From Psammoneis japonica (taxonomy: Eukaryota), in the NCBI GenBank assembly GCA_008632985.1, contig QPGO01000113.1, positions 2,947 through 66,946 of the forward strand: 64,000 nucleotides of DNA, read 5' to 3'. Below, in pieces: positions 60,779-64,000 of this stretch; the stretch's first letter is position 1, and each line of letters begins with the position of its first letter. The notes under the pieces were generated by a model. It did no database searches and had not been told where the DNA came from. It saw nothing but the letters and a program-made list of their open reading frames with translations. The translations under genes and the position numbers were made by a program.

Positions 60779-63700
60779 TGCACTGTGCTCGAAGAACGAG
60801 TGTAAACGAAAGTAGAGCAGTGTACGAAAAGTGGAAATTATAAGATTGGATTTTACTCTGTGATTTTTGGTTTCTCCGAATGAGTTCTCAATGGCCTGAA
60901 GCTTCTGCACTGCTTCCACAGACAAAAGGCCTTTCGGAGAACATGATCGTGACAACAGACAGTCCGAATGCGATTGCTTTTGACACATGAGATGTCAGCA
61001 TCGTCCATCGATCGCATTTGCGATTTTCGACTTCCGATCAACTCTGTGTGATTGTTCTGTCCTTCGCACGCATCCACGACTGTGGCACAATTGACGTGCA
61101 AACAACATGCAATCACACACATGTGTGCAACAGTCGCGTGCTGCACTCGCCTCCCTAATTGCACATTAGAGTCATTTGTTGAGTGGATTGTTTGACGGAC
61201 ATTGACAGTGTCAATGATGTCTCCACGTTCACTGCATTGTGCCATTGGCAATGACTGTTGTCGTTTTGTGTGGGCCATGTGGGGCCGTTCCAATTTCCGA
61301 ATGTCTTGTGAGAGTGACATCGTTTGTTTCTCACTTTGTGCACATGCATGTGCAGCATTGCGTCGAGCATTCTCGTTGACGTTCTTTGTTGACATGAACA
61401 CAAGGACCAATTGTCCTGCAGTGTTTTTCATGACATCGATTGCACCTGGCATTGTGCCCAGCACTCAATGTGCGCTCTTTTAATTGTTGTGGCGTTCACT
61501 TCACTTGTGGAGTTCATGCAGTTCTGGCTGGCTAACTTTGCATGTGCCACATTGCTCTGCTGCACTTCCATGTGTCGTAAGTGGTTGACGATGGTCAAGG
61601 ACATTTTCCAACCATTTTTTCTTGACAATCCTGGGATGGTTGTGGACTCCTTTATGGATTTCTTTGTCACTTCAACCATCTTTCCTTTGGATTTTGATTG
61701 TCATTTGGACGTTTCTTTTTGACATGCCGGTGACATTTTGTCATTCCGAAGGCACTGCTTTTGTGCACTGTTCGGACAAATGTCCATTTTTGTGTTTTGT
61801 TTCTGAATCTTTGGCACATCTCGTGTGACGTTGTTTATGTCTTGCCTCGTACATCGTACACTGCAATCGTGCGGGTGCTGCGAGATTGTCTTTTGCCAAT
61901 GTGAAGTGGGTGCGTGCAATGCACACCAATCTGTCACTGATTTTTTCTTCAACCGTCCCCAAGCAAGGCGATTTTTTCCTTGTGACATGAGCATTTTTGA
62001 TCTCGCTCGAAAAGTGTTCGCATGACATGTCGCGTCCGACAATTTGGAGGAAATGTCTTTGTCCCGTTTTGTTCAGTGTCGAGAACTTTGCAATTTAATG
62101 GAAAGACATTGTCGCAGGATTTTGGTGGGACCTTTTCAGCTGACTCTTCTGTGCTGAGGTTTTCCACAGGTTCTATTTTTTTTCACAGCAAGTCGGCTGA
62201 TCGCTCTTGCGACGCGTTCGCCTTGCCCTCGATGCATTTTATTTCGGGACTGGAATTCTGCATTCTAAGTCGTCAACGCATGACTCTGTCCGTTGTGTGT
62301 CATGAACCGCACACATGACAATCTGTTGGCCAAACAGCACATTCCGGGAATTGTCAAGTGTTTCCACTGTGGACAGAAGTTCTTTTTCCGTTGTGACTTG
62401 AACATCACAATGCCATGTTTGACAGTGACACAGTTTTTGATGTGATGCGCTCCATGTTTTCGGAGACTTTTCGTTCTGCACTTGTCCTTTTGCCGTTTGA
62501 CCTTTGTTGAGGTGGATTTGGCTAGAAATGCACAGGAGATCATTGAGACTACATGTCTTTACAGTGGCAACATGTGTCGACAAGCTGTCGTAATTTTCTT
62601 TGCGTTTTGCTCAATGTTGCGATTGCCGGAATCGCCTCCATTTTCTTTGCAATCGGATGCATGCCATTGCGCATGGAAGTCTTGATAATTTTTTTCAAGT
62701 CAAGCAGTGAAGGACTTTTGTTTGTCAACCTTCAAAGCGACTGCTCCAGTTGCATGAATGCCATTTCAAGTTTTTCTTGTGCAGGTGACATTTTGAAGTT
62801 GTTTTCTGTCAGGTGCAAATGTTCATTCTCAGTCGTTCTGACAACTCCAAACCTGCCATGAGTTCGCTCATGCGTTGCACGAAAATGTGTGGGGCTCCAC
62901 AGATTCTTGTCGGAAGTCCACAGCACTCATTTTCCCCCACGGCATCACTCTGATGTGAGCACGACGTGTGCTTTTTGATTTTACATTGTGGTGTTCCATG
63001 ATTGAATCGCAACTTCATTTTTAAAACTTCAATCTTTCACAATTGGTTGAATTCCTTTCAAATGAATGCCTCCAAAGACCATGACAGGAGAAGGTTCTCA
63101 CACGTCGTGGAATCGCGTCAGATTTTTTCACGGCGAGATCCATTGATTCTTTTAATTCATTTGTCCAAGGAACTTTTCAAAAGGATTTCAAACCTCTTAA
63201 GAAGGAGACTGAGTGGTTTATCTTCTTTTGGTCAAGATGCATTGCTGCAGCTGTCACTTGATTAGAATCGACGGCGTGACAATGTGAGTCGAGAACCATC
63301 GGTCTCGTCATTGACTCTGTTCACCGCGCAATGTTTTTCAATGTGATCGGCATTCAGCTGGAACATTTCTGCATCGAAGAGTGCATCAACATTCTTCATG
63401 GGGCAATTGCTTCATTCCCATTTGATTTCTTCAATTGCGCAGTCTAGTGTGATTGCAAAACTGGACATTGAGTCGCGTCCCATGATCATGTCATTCGACC
63501 TTGAAGGGCATTTGGTGTCATTGACACACACTGTTTGAACATCAGCAAGTCTTAAATTCGCGCACTGAGAACTGAATTCGGTGTTTGCCATCAGTCGTAA
63601 AGAGCTCACCCTTGGTTTCCCAAGTTTTTTGGTGGCGGATGTCTTGGTTCTCAACTTTGCACGATTTTGCACAAAATCATGGGCTGACGATGTTCTTCAT

Positions 63701-63800
63701 CGAGAGAACACGCAGAAGCTCATTTTTTGCTTTTCTCAGAGAAGTGGTCATGTGGACAGCGAGAATGGGACTCGCACAACACACTGTGATGCTTTTTCTG
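60779..63800 (-). mobile_element. Degraded Ty3/gypsy element (pol + 3' LTR), related to the relics at 4.9-6.9 kb and 22.3-24.6 kb
   Basis: Minus strand TTEKELLSTVETL, CGLPTRICGAP, LLCISS, VPPKSCDNVFPL (compare VTPESRDNVFPL near 24.07 kb); LTR homologous to 4920-5261. Confidence 0.85.
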
Positions 63801-64000
63801 GGTTTCCAGACGTCCTGTGGTGCGCTGTGCTCCTTGAGCGGCATAAATTTTTGATCGGACTCGATCGGGTCAATTTTTCTAAATTGACAGTTTCACTTGT
63901 CAAGCGTTTTAGAGTCTTAATTTTCGCTCTTGTTTTTACGTTCCTTTGTCGAGGAACTCGCTTTGATTGTTTTTGTGAACTGCCTGGTTCACAGTTCAGT

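Overview
Eukaryotic nuclear DNA from a diatom, probably a pennate (18S sequence, short GT-AG introns, AF/AW-type plastid-targeting signals). Layout: degraded retrotransposon debris (1-~11.5 kb); one 18S-5.8S-28S rDNA unit with spacers (~12-20.6 kb); spacer repeats and more TE debris (20.6-26.1 kb); an ordinary gene-dense block (26.3-54.0 kb: SAM50, class II eIF4E, SMC1, Sec7 ARF-GEF, PhyH-like dioxygenase, CLPTM1, RNB ribonuclease, MPP10 and others); a full-length Ty3/gypsy element with LTRs and a 5-bp TSD (54121-59592); further TE debris to the end. Main discovery: repeat DNA, but not genes or rDNA, has lost almost all TpA dinucleotides through TA->TG and TA->CA transitions (A:T->G:C on both strands). 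Paired repeat copies in the window show this directly, as does systematic Tyr->Cys/His replacement in retroelement motifs. This looks like a repeat-targeted hypermutation (genome defence) system running opposite to fungal RIP. Second: a 104-nt GT-AG spliceosomal-type intron interrupts the 28S rRNA next to the peptidyl-transferase centre. All counts and alignments were made by eye and need computational confirmation.
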